Source of the DNA: Marsupella aquatica | Lineage: Eukaryota; Plantae; Marchantiophyta | Length of the DNA stretch: 64,000 bases | Assembly: GCA_973895155.1 (NCBI GenBank) | Contig: OZ316893.1 | Span: 10,049,660 to 10,113,659 of the forward strand | Direction: 5' to 3' | Part shown: piece by piece, positions 22,738 to 35,500 of the stretch | Position numbering within the stretch: the first letter of the stretch is position 1 | Layout of the letters: every line of letters starts with the position of its first letter | The notes under the pieces: model-generated | Database searches by the model: none | What the model was told of the DNA's origin: nothing | What the model saw: only the letters and a program-made list of their open reading frames with translations | Translations under genes and position numbers: made by a program

Positions 22738-22962
22738 ATGTCCTCTTCCTCTGAACTATCCAGTAGTGAGTACTCCTCCGATGACGATATACCCCCTCCT
22801 CCTCAGCCCGAGGTTACTGGTCCTCGTGGTCCACCCCGAAGACTTTGTGACTGCACCAGATGTGTGGGCCAAATTTCTCAAAAATCTTATGTGTGTGCTC
22901 AACATATTGAGAGATATGGACATCATAGAGGTCTTACTCCCGGGGCTTCTTCATCCCATATG
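22738..22962 (+). CDS. Shared first coding exon: transposase-associated Zn-binding domain (element 2)
   Basis: ATG at 22738 after a TGGCAG acceptor. CDCTRC...QHIERYG. Phase-0 donor ATG|GTAAGT at 22962/22963. Confidence 0.8.
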
Positions 22963-23073
22963 GTAAGTTTGTTTCAATTGATTGCCGTTCTTTACTGTTA
23001 TTTTTAGAGGTGAATCAATGTTTACACATATGGTTTACACATTTGGTTGTTTGTGGGTGTTTGCATGGAATAG

Positions 23074-23904
23074 GGATCCAGTATGCGTAGATTGGTGACA
23101 CCACCACCCTATGTCCCATCACAAGGAGTTTTAGATGCTATAGGCAATGCACTTTCACAAGCCTTGGGTTTGGGAATTAGTACCAGTCATGGGACAGAAG
23201 GGGAACACCGTCATGTGCCCACTGAGACACGAAGACCCCGGTCCAGGCCCCAATCCAACAGGAGGCCACGAGCACCCAATGACCCATCCAGAACACTAGT
23301 TCAGGGTAGGTGGGGTGTTTGTTCATTCACTGGCAAGTGTGCCTCTATCATCAAGGATTGGGAACCTATCACTCTTGGCTTGCCTTATTTTACAGATTTT
23401 GATGAGGAGATTGTGGTTTGGGGTAGACGTTGGATTGTGAAAACTTCCACACTTGGAGAGAGACATGGATATGGAGTATTTGCTTGTGAGGATATCATCA
23501 TGGATGAGGAGGGTGGGTCAAGTGTTCGTGGTAGAGAGGGTCCTACTTTGTTCCCATACGGTGGACCCATCTACAAGAGAAGACATTGGAACATGATCCT
23601 TGCACAACATCCTGAGTGGAAAACATATGCTCTAGAGATGGATACTTTTGATGGTAGCACTAGAAGGTATAGTGAGCAGCGGGTGATAGATGGTGATCCC
23701 ATACGTAATGAGAATATTGCTGGTTTCATAAATAGTACTGTGGGGACTCGGCCCAAGCGTAGGGCCAATTGTGAGTGGGTTTTTACTGATGGTCCAATGC
23801 CGGCACCATATGGCACGACATATCATAAGGACCATTGCTTAGATCTTGCTACTAGGACCATTAGAGCAGGAGATGAGTTATTCACACACTATGAGTGGGA
23901 TTAG
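23074..23904 (+). CDS. SET/PR-like lysine methyltransferase exon inside the CACTA transposase intron (element 2)
   Basis: Acceptor AATAG|GGA at 23073/23074, phase 0. GYGVFACEDI, FPYGG, IDGD..NIAGFINS, ANCE, IRAGDELFTHY. No stops. Confidence 0.85.
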   Translation, partial: GSSMRRLVTPPPYVPSQGVLDAIGNALSQALGLGISTSHGTEGEHRHVPTETRRPRSRPQSNRRPRAPNDPSRTLVQGRWGVCSFTGKCASIIKDWEPITLGLPYFTDFDEEIVVWGRRWIVKTSTLGERHGYGVFACEDIIMDEEGGSSVRGREGPTLFPYGGPIYKRRHWNMILAQHPEWKTYALEMDTFDGSTRRYSEQRVIDGDPIRNENIAGFINSTVGTRPKRRANCEWVFTDGPMPAPYGTTYHKDHCLDLATRTIRAGDELFTHYEWD

Positions 23905-24115
23905 GAAATCATGTCCTTTATCCTCTTGCACCTATTTTGGACTTCCCATTTACTATTATATATATGGCCTTTGGGCTCATTTTGGAGTAATAAGGTTTTA
24001 GCCCATGCATTTACTTTAATTCTTAATGTCTTGAATGAATGGTGTTAAGTCTATTTTAATTTGTTGTACTTGGTCAAATATACATGAGGAGGTTTTTTGG
24101 TTGTAATGTGCATAG

Positions 24116-27100
24116 AATGCGCAACCATCTCAACAAATGTTACCACGAAGGTTGAGAGCAACATATCGGGAGATGGGTATGCTAGAAGAGGGAGAACCAT
24201 CAGAGGGTGATTCCTCATCAAGTAATGATGTAGGTGGTGCTGATGAGGAAGCCGCACCTCGGACTGATGACCAGGTCATGCATGATCAAGATAGAGCCAT
24301 GGATGACTTCATGGTTGATTGGTTTGGTGCCGATGTTGAGGATGATGTGCCTCACATTGGTCATGAGGTTGGCCCTTCAAATGACCCACGGCCACAACAT
24401 ACTCCAGAGGGACAACAACAATGGAAAGAGGCAGAGGAACATGCTCGAACACCTATTTTTGAGGGTGCTCGGTTGAGCCGTCTTTCTGCCATATTGGGGC
24501 TCTTGAACATTCAAGCCAAACACAAGACAAGCAATTCTATGTTATCAGACATATTTGAATATTGTCATGACTTGATGTTACCCTCGGAGAATGTGTTGCC
24601 AGGGACCTAGAAGGATGCAAAGAAGGTTCTCTCATCCATTGGTATGGATTACCATATTATTCATGCCTGTGTGAATGATTGCATGTTATTTCACGGGGAT
24701 ACAGCCCATATCACAGAATGCACAGTGTGTCATGAGCCACGGTATGAGCCAAACATGCTAACCCAGAAGGTACCAAGGAAAGCAGTTCGTTGGTTCCCCA
24801 TAATTCCTCGCTTGTTGCACATGTATAGATGTTCTGACTTGGCCGAGTTGATGGTATGGCACAAGAAACATCGTTCGGAGCCCGGTGTCATGCGATTACC
24901 AGTTGACTCTCCTGCTCATAAACATGTGGAATCAACATGGCCAGATTTTGAGCGTGACCCTCGGCATGTGCGACTGGGGTTGGCATCAGATGGAGTTAGC
25001 CCTCATTCACTTGGAGGGAAGGGGAGACCTACATCGGTCTGGCCTGTGGTTCTCATGAATTACAACCTTCCACCATGGTTGTCCATGAAAAAGGGTTTTT
25101 TGTTGCTATCTTTGATTATCCCAGGGCCAAAGAAGGTGAAGAACATGGACACCTATTTGACATTACTGGTTCAGGAACTCCAGAAATTATGGGAAGGAGT
25201 ATGGGCATATGATGGTCGAAAGACTACAGGGGGTACCCCACGGGTTTTCAAACTCAAAGGGGTTTGTATGTAGACCATGCATGACTACCCAGGTAAGAAC
25301 TTTGTTGTTTAAATGCATCATATTCTAATGCATGGTATCCCCTCATTTCCATGTGCTAATCCTAACATAATGTGTGTTTATATGACCAGGATTTGGCTTT
25401 GTGAGTGGGTTGCAAACCCAAGGCTACAAGGCTTGCTCCACTTGTGGCCCAAGCCTTGGTGATGTAGCCAAGTATTCATCACATCTTCGCAAGATTGTTT
25501 ATCTTGGGCATACAAAGTTTCTTCCAATGGGACATTAGATGAGGCGTGACCCACTACTATTTTCCTCTATTGATATGCCCTTTGGTGACGAGCGTGATGT
25601 ACCTGAGCCAACAACTTTTACACACTGGAAAGACATGGCTGCAAGAGTGGCAGACCCAGAGGATCCCATGCAATTTGACGGTAGTGGCTTGACAAGGTGG
25701 AGTATATTAACCACTTTGCCCTATTGGGGTGAGTTGAAGATCCGCCATCTATTAGACCCCATGCACATTGAGGGAAATGTGGGAAAGGCTTTGATAAAGG
25801 CTTTCTATGGAGAGAAAGACACTAACTTCAGGGAGGCTTGTGAGGATCTTGAGATGCATCCAGACGTGTGGGTCATAAGTGATCCTATCACGGGGATCGA
25901 GCATCGACCTTCAGCTCCATGGGTGCTTCCTATTGGCCAGAGAAGGGAGTTTCAGAATCGCATAGGAGACATGCGGTTTCCTACTGGTTATGGTGCCAAT
26001 CTCCGAAAGGCCTTTGGGATGGAGGACAATCATAAGTGGCCAAGGTATCTCAAGACACATGACTACCATAGGTTATTGCAGCACATATTGCCTGTGGCCA
26101 TAATAGGTTTGGCAAGTGAAGAAGTGCAAGATGCCCTTTGGTCATTGGGAAAACTATTGAGATGGGTATGCTCTAAGGAGATATATACTGATGAGATCCC
26201 TAGGATGGAGGTTTTGGCAGCAGAGGTGGTATGCAAGTTGGAGAAGGCCCTTCCTCCTTCCTTTTTTGATTGTCAAGTGCATTTACTTGTTCATCTTGTT
26301 CATGAGGTGGCCATTGCAGGTCCTGTGCATTGTCGGTGGATGTATTGGCTAGAACGATACATGGCAGTGTTAAAAGGTTATGTACGTAACCGTGCACGGG
26401 TTGAGGGAAGCATGGCTACAGGATACTTAGCAGCTGAGAGTATGTTCTATTGTAGTAACATATTGGCCACAATTGATTGTACCTCTCCCCGTACTTGGGT
26501 AGAGGAGAGGGAAGATGAAGAGGATCGTTTAACAGGTGCTAGGAAAACTCGCATGTTGACACCAGTGGAGGTGAAACAACTGACCACATTCATGTTGAGT
26601 AACAGCACTATCATGGAAGAATGGAAGGATTTCTATGAGGATGCCAAAAGTAACAGCACAAGACCAAGGATTTTTCCAAAGTACCTTGACTATATGAAGG
26701 AGAAGTTAGTTGAGGTGGATGACATGGTGGTCAGGGGAGAGAGTGTATTACATTTTCCGGCTATCACAGATGATGTTCGTACCATTGTTCATGGTCCCTT
26801 GAGAGTGGTTACAACAAGGACAGCAATGTGGACACAAGGAAGACATTTTAGGTGATCTCCATCTACCTTAGTAACCTTTGATTTGAATCACTTGGTTTAA
26901 TTTAATTCATTTGTAATACAAGCACGTATATTGAAGAGGCAGATTCTTGGTGTGTTCAATTAATTGGAATATGTTTGTGTCTATTTTTGTGTAACATATC
27001 CTTATGGTTTGATGGATTTTAGGATTTCTTCCCTTGATGAGAAGAGGGGTCATACCTTTGATTGTGGAGTTCAAGGACAATTCTCTCAAGATTCCCGCAG

Positions 27101-27509
27101 CAGTCGCCATGACACAAATATTATTCGAGATGTTGTGCCACATTATGGAAAGGTAGAAGAGATTCTAGTGATATCTTATGATGCACAATCAAAGTTTGAA
27201 GAGTATGTCTTCAAGTGCAAGTGGTTCAAAGTGAACCTTGCAGGTAACAATCCTACTGTGGTTCAAGATGAGTGTGGATTTACACGACTGAAGACGTCTG
27301 CCACTAGTTTCCAGCCATCTCATTGGCAAACATCAGAGCCGTTCACTTTTCCAAGTCATGTGGAACAATGTTTCTATATTCCATACCCCCCAAACCCAGA
27401 GGAATGGTCACTTGTCATCACATATGTGCCACGGTCTCGTTCAATCGTTGGGGAAAAGCCTGATATTCTGGTTGTGTCCCAACCTGAAGATGATGAGGAC
27501 CAAGTTTGA
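24116..27509 (+). pseudogene. CACTA Tnp2/TnpD transposase (exons 24116-25292, 25390-26851, 27023-27509)
   Basis: Phase-0 acceptor ATAG|AAT GCG. Same motifs as element 1. In-frame TAG stops at 24608, 25271 and 25536. Two GT-AG introns keep the frame. Confidence 0.92.
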
Positions 27510-29567
27510 GGGGTCTGTGTTTGTGGATATATAGCTACACGGATATATAGTTAGATTTGATGATATGAAGATTTCTCTTCTCGGTAGAATGGAGAAATAT
27601 GTGCTTCTCAATTATCAATAAACTTATGTTTTGTAAGTATATCATTTTCAAATGTTGTTTTCTATATCTCCCATCCCTACCCCACACTCACCACACCTTT
27701 TGGTAGACTTTATGCAAAGAAAACTCATGTTGCTTGTAGTCCTCTATCCTCCATGCTTTCCTAATCCCCCCCTAGCTGTTCTCCTTATTACTTGTACCCA
27801 CCTCCCTCCTCCTTTCTTTCATTGTCTGTCCCTCTTATTAAACCCTCCTTCCTCCTTCCTCTCCTTGTCCCAACCCCTGGCTTTCTATTTCAACCCTATA
27901 CTTTCCTTACTTTCCACCCCTGTCCCCCACTCTTACCTATACAAGCTAGCTTCTCTCCTCCCTCCTAAACCTATACCCTTAAACCTCCCTCATTTCCTTG
28001 TCCCTCTCTAAACCAATACCCTCCCTCCTTTCCTTGTCCCTCTCTAAACCCTAAACTCCCTCCTTTTTATTTTCACTCCCTAAATCCAAACCCTCCCTAA
28101 AACTATATCTACATACCCTTCCTCCTCCCTCATTTCCTTGTGCCCCCTAAACCTGTATCCTCCCTCTTGGATCCCTTCGTTCCTTGTCCCTCCTAGCCCC
28201 ATTCCCTTCCTCCTCCTTTTCATTGTCCCTCCCTAAAAATTACATGTATCCACCCTCCTTTACCCTCCCTCCCCAATCCCATTCCTTTTCCACCTCTTTG
28301 AAGCGCTCATAATATTTTGCGAAACATCTTGCGAAACCCCTACACCCGCAAACTCATCGCTACATTTGCGATACTTAACTGCTCCCTAATTGCCATCATC
28401 CCCTCATCGCAAACTTCCGAAGATACCACCATCTCAAAGTTGCGAAACCAAAACATTCACAAAATGAGACCCTAGACAGGCACAGGATTTGCGAGCCTAT
28501 TACTATCGCAAGTTAGCCATATATTCCACAAACATCGCTCATTTGCGAGACAATAAGACTCGCAAAATATTTTGAGATGCTTAAATATTCGCAACCATTT
28601 AGTTTTCCGGCGCATCTCAATGAATTTGCGAAGCGGTAAAGATCGCTAACGTGTTCAATGGTAATTGCTTCGGAAATGTTTTGCGATACCTGAAGTGTCA
28701 TAAAATGTTGCGATGGTCTAAGTTTCGCAATTATGTGTTGCGATGTGTGTAGATTTGCTAAGTGCGATGCGTATCGTATCGCAAGTTTAGCGATGAGATT
28801 AATCTTGCAAAGCTTTCTTCCTCTTGTAAAACGCCTTCGCAAAATTGGCAAATATGTAGTAGTGAATGAAGCTCAATTTTGCTTTCAAGGGCATGAACCA
28901 TGGTTTGCTCTGAAGTTTATCTTCCTAGTCAATTTTTCTAGACCTTGTTGCACAAAGGGACCTATTGATATCCGAGCCTTATTACTTCATGTTCATTTTG
29001 ATTGTTAGTGTTGCCATTCATTTAACGTGAAAGTCATATCATTTGCAGTGCAAACCATGGTTTGCACTACTGAGAATAAGTATCACAAGCCCTCATTGCA
29101 CGAATCTTGGTTTGCAGTATCCCCATTGATTTGTCCTGAAGTTCATTCCCTGTAACCATTTGCAAAGCAAACCATGGTTTGCAGTACAAAGAATAAATAC
29201 CAGTCACAGCTAGCTATCTTGCACGAACCTTGGTTTGCACTGTCCCAGTAGTCTTTGATTCAATTCATTTAGATTCAAAGCTAAATATTATTCCATGAAC
29301 CTTTGTTTGCACTATCCCTAGTCATCTTTGATTTCATCTAGATTTAGAGCTTGCAGCATGAACCATGGTTTGATGATCTACATTTTGCCAGAATCCAAAC
29401 TACTCTATGCTGTCCCTGGGAGAAAATTAAGTCAAACATTTCAAAATATCTGGTTTCTTTGAACATTCAACATGTTCTTTAAAGAATATCCTTGACACAT
29501 CTTGCCGACAGTATTCTTATGATCAAATTTGTTTTTGTTGTGAAGCAGAGCGAGAACGCACATAGTC

Positions 29568-32500
29568 ATGGCATCCGAAGGAGAAACTAGCAAGAAGAAG
29601 CGGAAGTCTTTGGAAAAAACTGATGGAAGCCCAAAAAAAAGGAAAGCCAAAGTTAGAAAGGGTGTAACAGGAGTGAATTCCATCACTAATTTTTGTGGGA
29701 GGAAGATGACATTGAAATCCACCATCACCGATACTGTTGTCCGAGTTGAACAGAAAGATATGAAGCACTGGGGAGTGGTGCTTGATAAGAATGTTCTTCG
29801 GATGTGCATCGCTTCTGAAGAGGGGACTTTGGTATTGTCAGACTCTCGAATTCTCAGTTGTGTTTATGAGAAAAATGTCAACCTGAAAGACTGTCAAGAG
29901 GCTTTGGTCCTTCTGGTCGAGGAGGATACCGTCGATGAATCACAAAACAATAGGATTTGCTATTGTTTCTCCAGAGAGGTATTTGGGATGTTTGACCAAA
30001 CATACATTGAGGCAAATTGCAGATTATCTCCGGAGGCATTCTCAACCATTTTGGATCCCACATTCCCAAAGGTTTCTACACTCATAAATGGCCCAAGCAT
30101 CGAGAGGTACATGTTATCCATCTTGGCATGGGCAAAATGCACCTTCCCGGAAACATTTCGTGTTGGAAAGAAGGAGGAACTTGAGAAGCAATCCAAGTTT
30201 GAAACAGGAGAACTTCCAAAAGTGATCACTGGAGAAAACATTGGAGATCTTTGCAAGAGTTTCAATGGTGTTTATAAAAAAGCAAACATCTTTGATAGTA
30301 GAGTTTTCAATGTTGAAAATTTGAAATGCCACATTGCACCCAATGTTGTAAAATGTAGAGGACATGACCCTGATTACTCAAGGGACCTTGCCAACTCGAT
30401 GAAATTTCAGTCGTTGGTAAATTTTGAGAAGCGGGTTTGTTTCCTCATCCCAGTGCTTTGGGATGAAAGCAGGAGCACTGAAGTTGGCTATTGTGGGACT
30501 CCATTGTCACACCCACCGATCCTTGATCAAATTGACAATTATCATTTTTGGATAATTGGAGGCCAGCACACAGTAATAGCTTACCGATTACTTTTGAATG
30601 ATGAATCAGTGGATGCTGCTATTCATCAAAAATGCCTTACAATTGATGCCGTGATGTTTTGGGCACCATATGATTTGGCTGGGAACCTGGTAATGATGGG
30701 ATTATCAAAGACATTGAATCATGTCCATCACACAACGATGGATGAATCCCAATTTTTCTTGATTGCAAGACAGGTCAGAGATATTTGGAAAAGTTATGGA
30801 TGTCCTCCTTCAGAGACAAACAGCACCAAAGATTCAAAATGGAAGGTAAGAGTCATATATTTCATAAGTTTATTTTTATTCTTGTTTAACTTCTGCTAGT
30901 GCATCTGAATGCAATAGAATGTGAAAAGTATAACAGTGTGAACCATGGTTCGTATCCACCTAATGATTTTAGTTGTGTGTGAACAACACTTCTCAAAAGC
31001 AACAATGATCGTCATCCCTTGGGCTAAAGAGGAGAATGGAAAATTTAATTTGGGTGAACTTGGACCTTTCATCTTAAATATGACAGATTCCACCTTCAAC
31101 TTGTGGATGAAAGTTTACGAGATGTCAAGAGAAGGAAAATTGGTTGCTTTCAATGGGTTCTTACAGAGAGATGTTATTAAGAAAGATTCTGCTCGAGGAG
31201 CTTGGGAGGTGGCACGAAGAACATTTCGGGATTTTCTTGGTGTTGAAGATGCAGTGTTGATGAAGATTGCAAGGTATCTTCTTACCAATAAGAAGATCTC
31301 ACTAATGAAGCAACGAAGTAGCGGAATTGCAAAGAAGATAGATGCAATTCCTATCGAAGAAGATTTCATTGCTCTTGATGAGTATTGCGTTCAAAAGAAG
31401 CAGGATAAGGAGTTTGAGATACTGCTTTTGAAATATCTTGCAAAAGATAATATGCCTAAGGGGAAACTACGAGCGTTGCCCATGGAGCAGAGAATCGAGA
31501 AGGTGAATGCAATGCGAGCTTTTTTTAAGCTTACTCGAGATAAAGTTGAAAAACTTCAAACTACGCTTGGACCTGCAGTAATCCCAAAATCATTAACGAA
31601 GAACACTAGAAATGACGAGTTGCAAAATCTTCTGCCTGGAGTTTTTAAGAGTTTGATATGGTCAATCAGGGCTTCAGTGGATGGAAAAGGTAATCCGGTG
31701 GTTGTGAAACTTGACTCAAAACTTAGGTTTTGTTCAAATGAGGGATTTGGAACTCCTGCATTTTTTCGTCCAATCATCTTGGAATTGAAAGAAATGGCAA
31801 CATTCATATTCTTGGATTCTACCATGATACCTGGAATAAGTCCCATGACACGGAAGACATATGAAGCATTCTTTGATGCAGCTTCTATGATTGGGTCCAA
31901 ACCATCTCATGTCGTGGTAGTGATATCATCTGCGATCGACTCTTTCTTTGTGATGAGTGCCATTTCAGCACACCCACATTATGTTGCATTCACAACACAA
32001 TACTGGACACAATCTCGACCGTCATCTTCTACATCGACAATTTATGATGTCAATTGTCTTTTTGTAACTTATGCATTCTTCAAAGTGTCATTCACTGAAG
32101 AATGTGAGGCAGATGACATTTCTGGAAATTTTTTGTTAAGCTTTAAGAAAGCAGGATGTTTGAAGAATTATGAAGAGACAACAGAAGATGTTGCAGAGCA
32201 GACTCAGCTTGGGGAGAAAAGCAAGAGTTTCTATGATAACTTGACTTCTCAACTTGTCTCATTTGACAAGTTTTCTGTCTGTTTTGGAGATGGCCGACAT
32301 CTGATCCACTCCCTTTTGGTATGAGTTTTTAAACCCCAAACCTTACAGTTGAAAGTTCATTTAATTATTCAACTATATTGAAATCCCAAGTATTAAAACT
32401 CAGTCTCATGGTTTTGCAGAACTTGGGAGCTCGGGTACGTTCATATTGTGACGAGTCTAATCACAAAGGACTTACGCAGTTCTTTTCTTCCACAAACAAG

Positions 32501-35500
32501 TTTAATCATGATCAGCCTGAAGAAGCATCATGTGAACTTCGAAGTATTTTAGAGAAAAATATTGCCAGATTGATGAAGTATAATTTGGCCAAGAAGAATA
32601 TGAGAGAGGACATTATTGAGCTTTGCAAAGATACCTTACACCTTGGTGAAAGTAGTATTGCTCGTGTGATCAAGGAATATGGATTGGGCAACATTCTTGA
32701 ATCAGATGACAAAGTCTACGAAATGCCAACCAATGTTCCTACTGATCCACTTGGAGGTTAATATGACTACCATTTGTTATAAACTACCATATTCAATAGC
32801 TAATGATGAATTAAGTAGCCAAACTTGTCATATGCCAGATATGAATCATGAATTATAAATCGATGTTCTCAAGAGAATGATGTACATGATTTGATATAGA
32901 ATGATTGATTGATGAAAATATTAGAATGAACCATGGTTGGAACAAGTTGGATGTGTGAAGTTAGATAAATTTATCAAGACAATATAGAACCTATTATTTG
33001 GTATAGTCCAAACATTTCAAATGGATAATAATTCCAACTAGAGTTGAAGCAAATACTAATACGAACTGAACAACCCAATCATAGTTTTAACTTGTCAAAT
33101 GAATCGCTTAAATTCTATAAATAGATTAACTTACTCTGGAATTTTGTGAAAAATTAGATTAGTACTTAACATAATATAGAAAACACTTGTCTAATACATC
33201 ATGTAGTCATTGAAATTAGGCAAAGCAAACTAATAGCGATATTTAATAAATAAAAATAATTAGAAGTTTATTGGTTCACCATATTTATCTATTGTTTGTT
33301 GTTTTGGTTGTAGGAGATAAAACCAATTCTATTGAGGACGAGAACAAGGATGAGGACGAAGAGGATAACATTGATTCCCCGAATGCTTGGCAGCCACTAA
33401 AGTTGGATCACGTGGAATCACCAAATGATTCAATGGAAATTCTTGACTCGTTCAGGGCTTTCCAAACCGAACCAGAGCTCAATGTCGAGGAACAAGGAGT
33501 TTCAATGACCAAAGGAAGATGCCCTACCTCAAATCTAAATGCAAAGAACGTTAAAAATATCCAATCAAATTGTAGCCGTGCTGGGGTGCAAGAATCAAAT
33601 CAAAGAAACAAAAATGAAGTGGCATTTGATGAAACCAAAAGTAAAAATGAGCGAAGAATGATTGTCCGCAAATTTGTGTGGGAAAATTATATTCCTGATC
33701 AGGAAACCAGTTGCCCAGATCACATTTCTACAATAGATTGGGATGAGTTCTTTCGAAGCGAAGCTCAATTTCATGGGTGGAAAGCAAGAGCATATTGGCA
33801 TGAAGCTTTGACTCATCGCTCCGGTTTGGAAACCCCTGAACAAATCACTAATTTACAAGATAATGTCTATTATGCAACAGAAGTATGTGAAATGGTTGGA
33901 GATCCTCCTATTGATGTTTTTGCCATTCAAAGTGAACCTAAAAGCACTATTAACAAATGGACTTGGATGAAGGAGTATCAACTAATCTCCAACCCTATCA
34001 CTAACTCTATAGATACACCCGTGTCTAATCTTAATGATGCTACACTAGATACATGTGCAGTTTATCAAAGTGATTATGAACAAGCAATCATCCAAGATTT
34101 GGGTGTGAAGAGAGATGATTCTTTCATTCCAAACGAGGAAACAATAGGAGACAATGCTTTGGTCGTGAATCCAATGGTGGAGCAGATGGATCCTTTACTG
34201 GTTGAAACTAACATTTTGGGCACGTCTCCCATATCGACAGAGCAAGTAAATGTTGATGGTGATCCAGTGGAGAAGAAAATGGATCCTTCAATGGTTGAAA
34301 CTAACATTTTGGACGTGCCTCCCACATCGACAGAGTCAAGAAATGCTAACAACAACCTAGCAAGGGAGCAGGTGGATCCTCTAGTGGTTGAGACTAACAT
34401 TTTGGATGTGCGTCCCACATCAACAGAGCCAATAAATGCTAACAATAACCTAGCAAGGGAGCAGATGGATCCTCTAGTGGTTGAGGCTAATATTTTGGAT
34501 GAGCCTTTAACATTGACAAAGCCAAGAAATGTTGACAGCAACCTAGCAAGGGAGCAAATGGATCCTCTAGAGACAAGAAATGTTGAAATCAATGCACAAG
34601 TGGATCCTGTTATGATTTTGGCCGAAAAACCAAAGGTGTCTCACACATCGATGGACCCTAAAACAAATGAGAGTGATTTGTTGGTAGATAGTGAAGAACA
34701 TCCTTGGATCCAACAAGCCACTAACCTTGAAGATCAAGACATACCGGAGGTGGGAAAAATTGCGCCTTGGGAAGAGGAAGCATCTGCTGCAGCCTACGCT
34801 GATGGATTGAATGAATTACCACCTCCTTTTTTGGGGATCCCATTAGTTTCAACTTCTCATGGAGATTGTTCACAAACGACTCCGGCAACAAGAATGGAGC
34901 TTCCTAAGACTGGTTCCAAGGTCATTCCAGGTCGTGCCACTCGACGGGATTCAAAGAGACCCTCGTTGATAGAAAAAGTTACTATGCTGCCAAAGGTGAA
35001 GAAGACACCTCAGCAGATTTTGCGCAACAAGAAGTAATGATTTTATTTTGACTATACTTAAAATGTATAATGTTTTTCATAGTGCTATAAATTGTTTGAT
35101 TGTTTAGGTGCAATCTGAGCCCAAACCAGCAAATTGGTCATTATGGATGTGAATAGTGTATAGTATCAAGGAAACTTACCCATTATGGTTGCAAAAGTCA
35201 TTGCAACAAGATTGGAGGGAACACTTCCAAATATGGATCAATACTCAGTATATTCGTGATCATGGAGATAGAAATCATTCAAGGAGATTCCATGTGTTTA
35301 ATAATCAGGGTACATTTTGGACTACTTATCACACTTATTTGTAGAATGAACCATGGTGCATAGTTAATTTATGACATATTTTTGGGTACTATTCTAAATC
35401 TCATCTGTGTGTGTTGTGTACAGGTGAGAGTTGAAAAATTATTCAGGAAATTACTTGTCATAAGTATCAACAAGTTCCTCATTTACACAACTGGGGTCTC

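Larger units (their letters stand above)
17970..28864 (+). mobile_element. Complete CACTA/En-Spm DNA transposon 2 (about 10.9 kb, degenerate)
   Basis: Left end CACTACAACA at 17970; right end TGTAGTAGTG at 28864 (reverse complement CACTACTACA). 3-bp TSD AAT (17967-17969, 28865-28867). TCGCAA/TTGCGA subterminal arrays at both ends; Tnp2 transposase inside. Confidence 0.95.

Noticed and set aside
24608-25538. In-frame TAG codons as RNA-editing or recoding sites
   Set aside because: Stop-removing U-to-C editing in plants is organellar and would not restore Trp from TAG. Scattered transition mutations explain these stops more simply.
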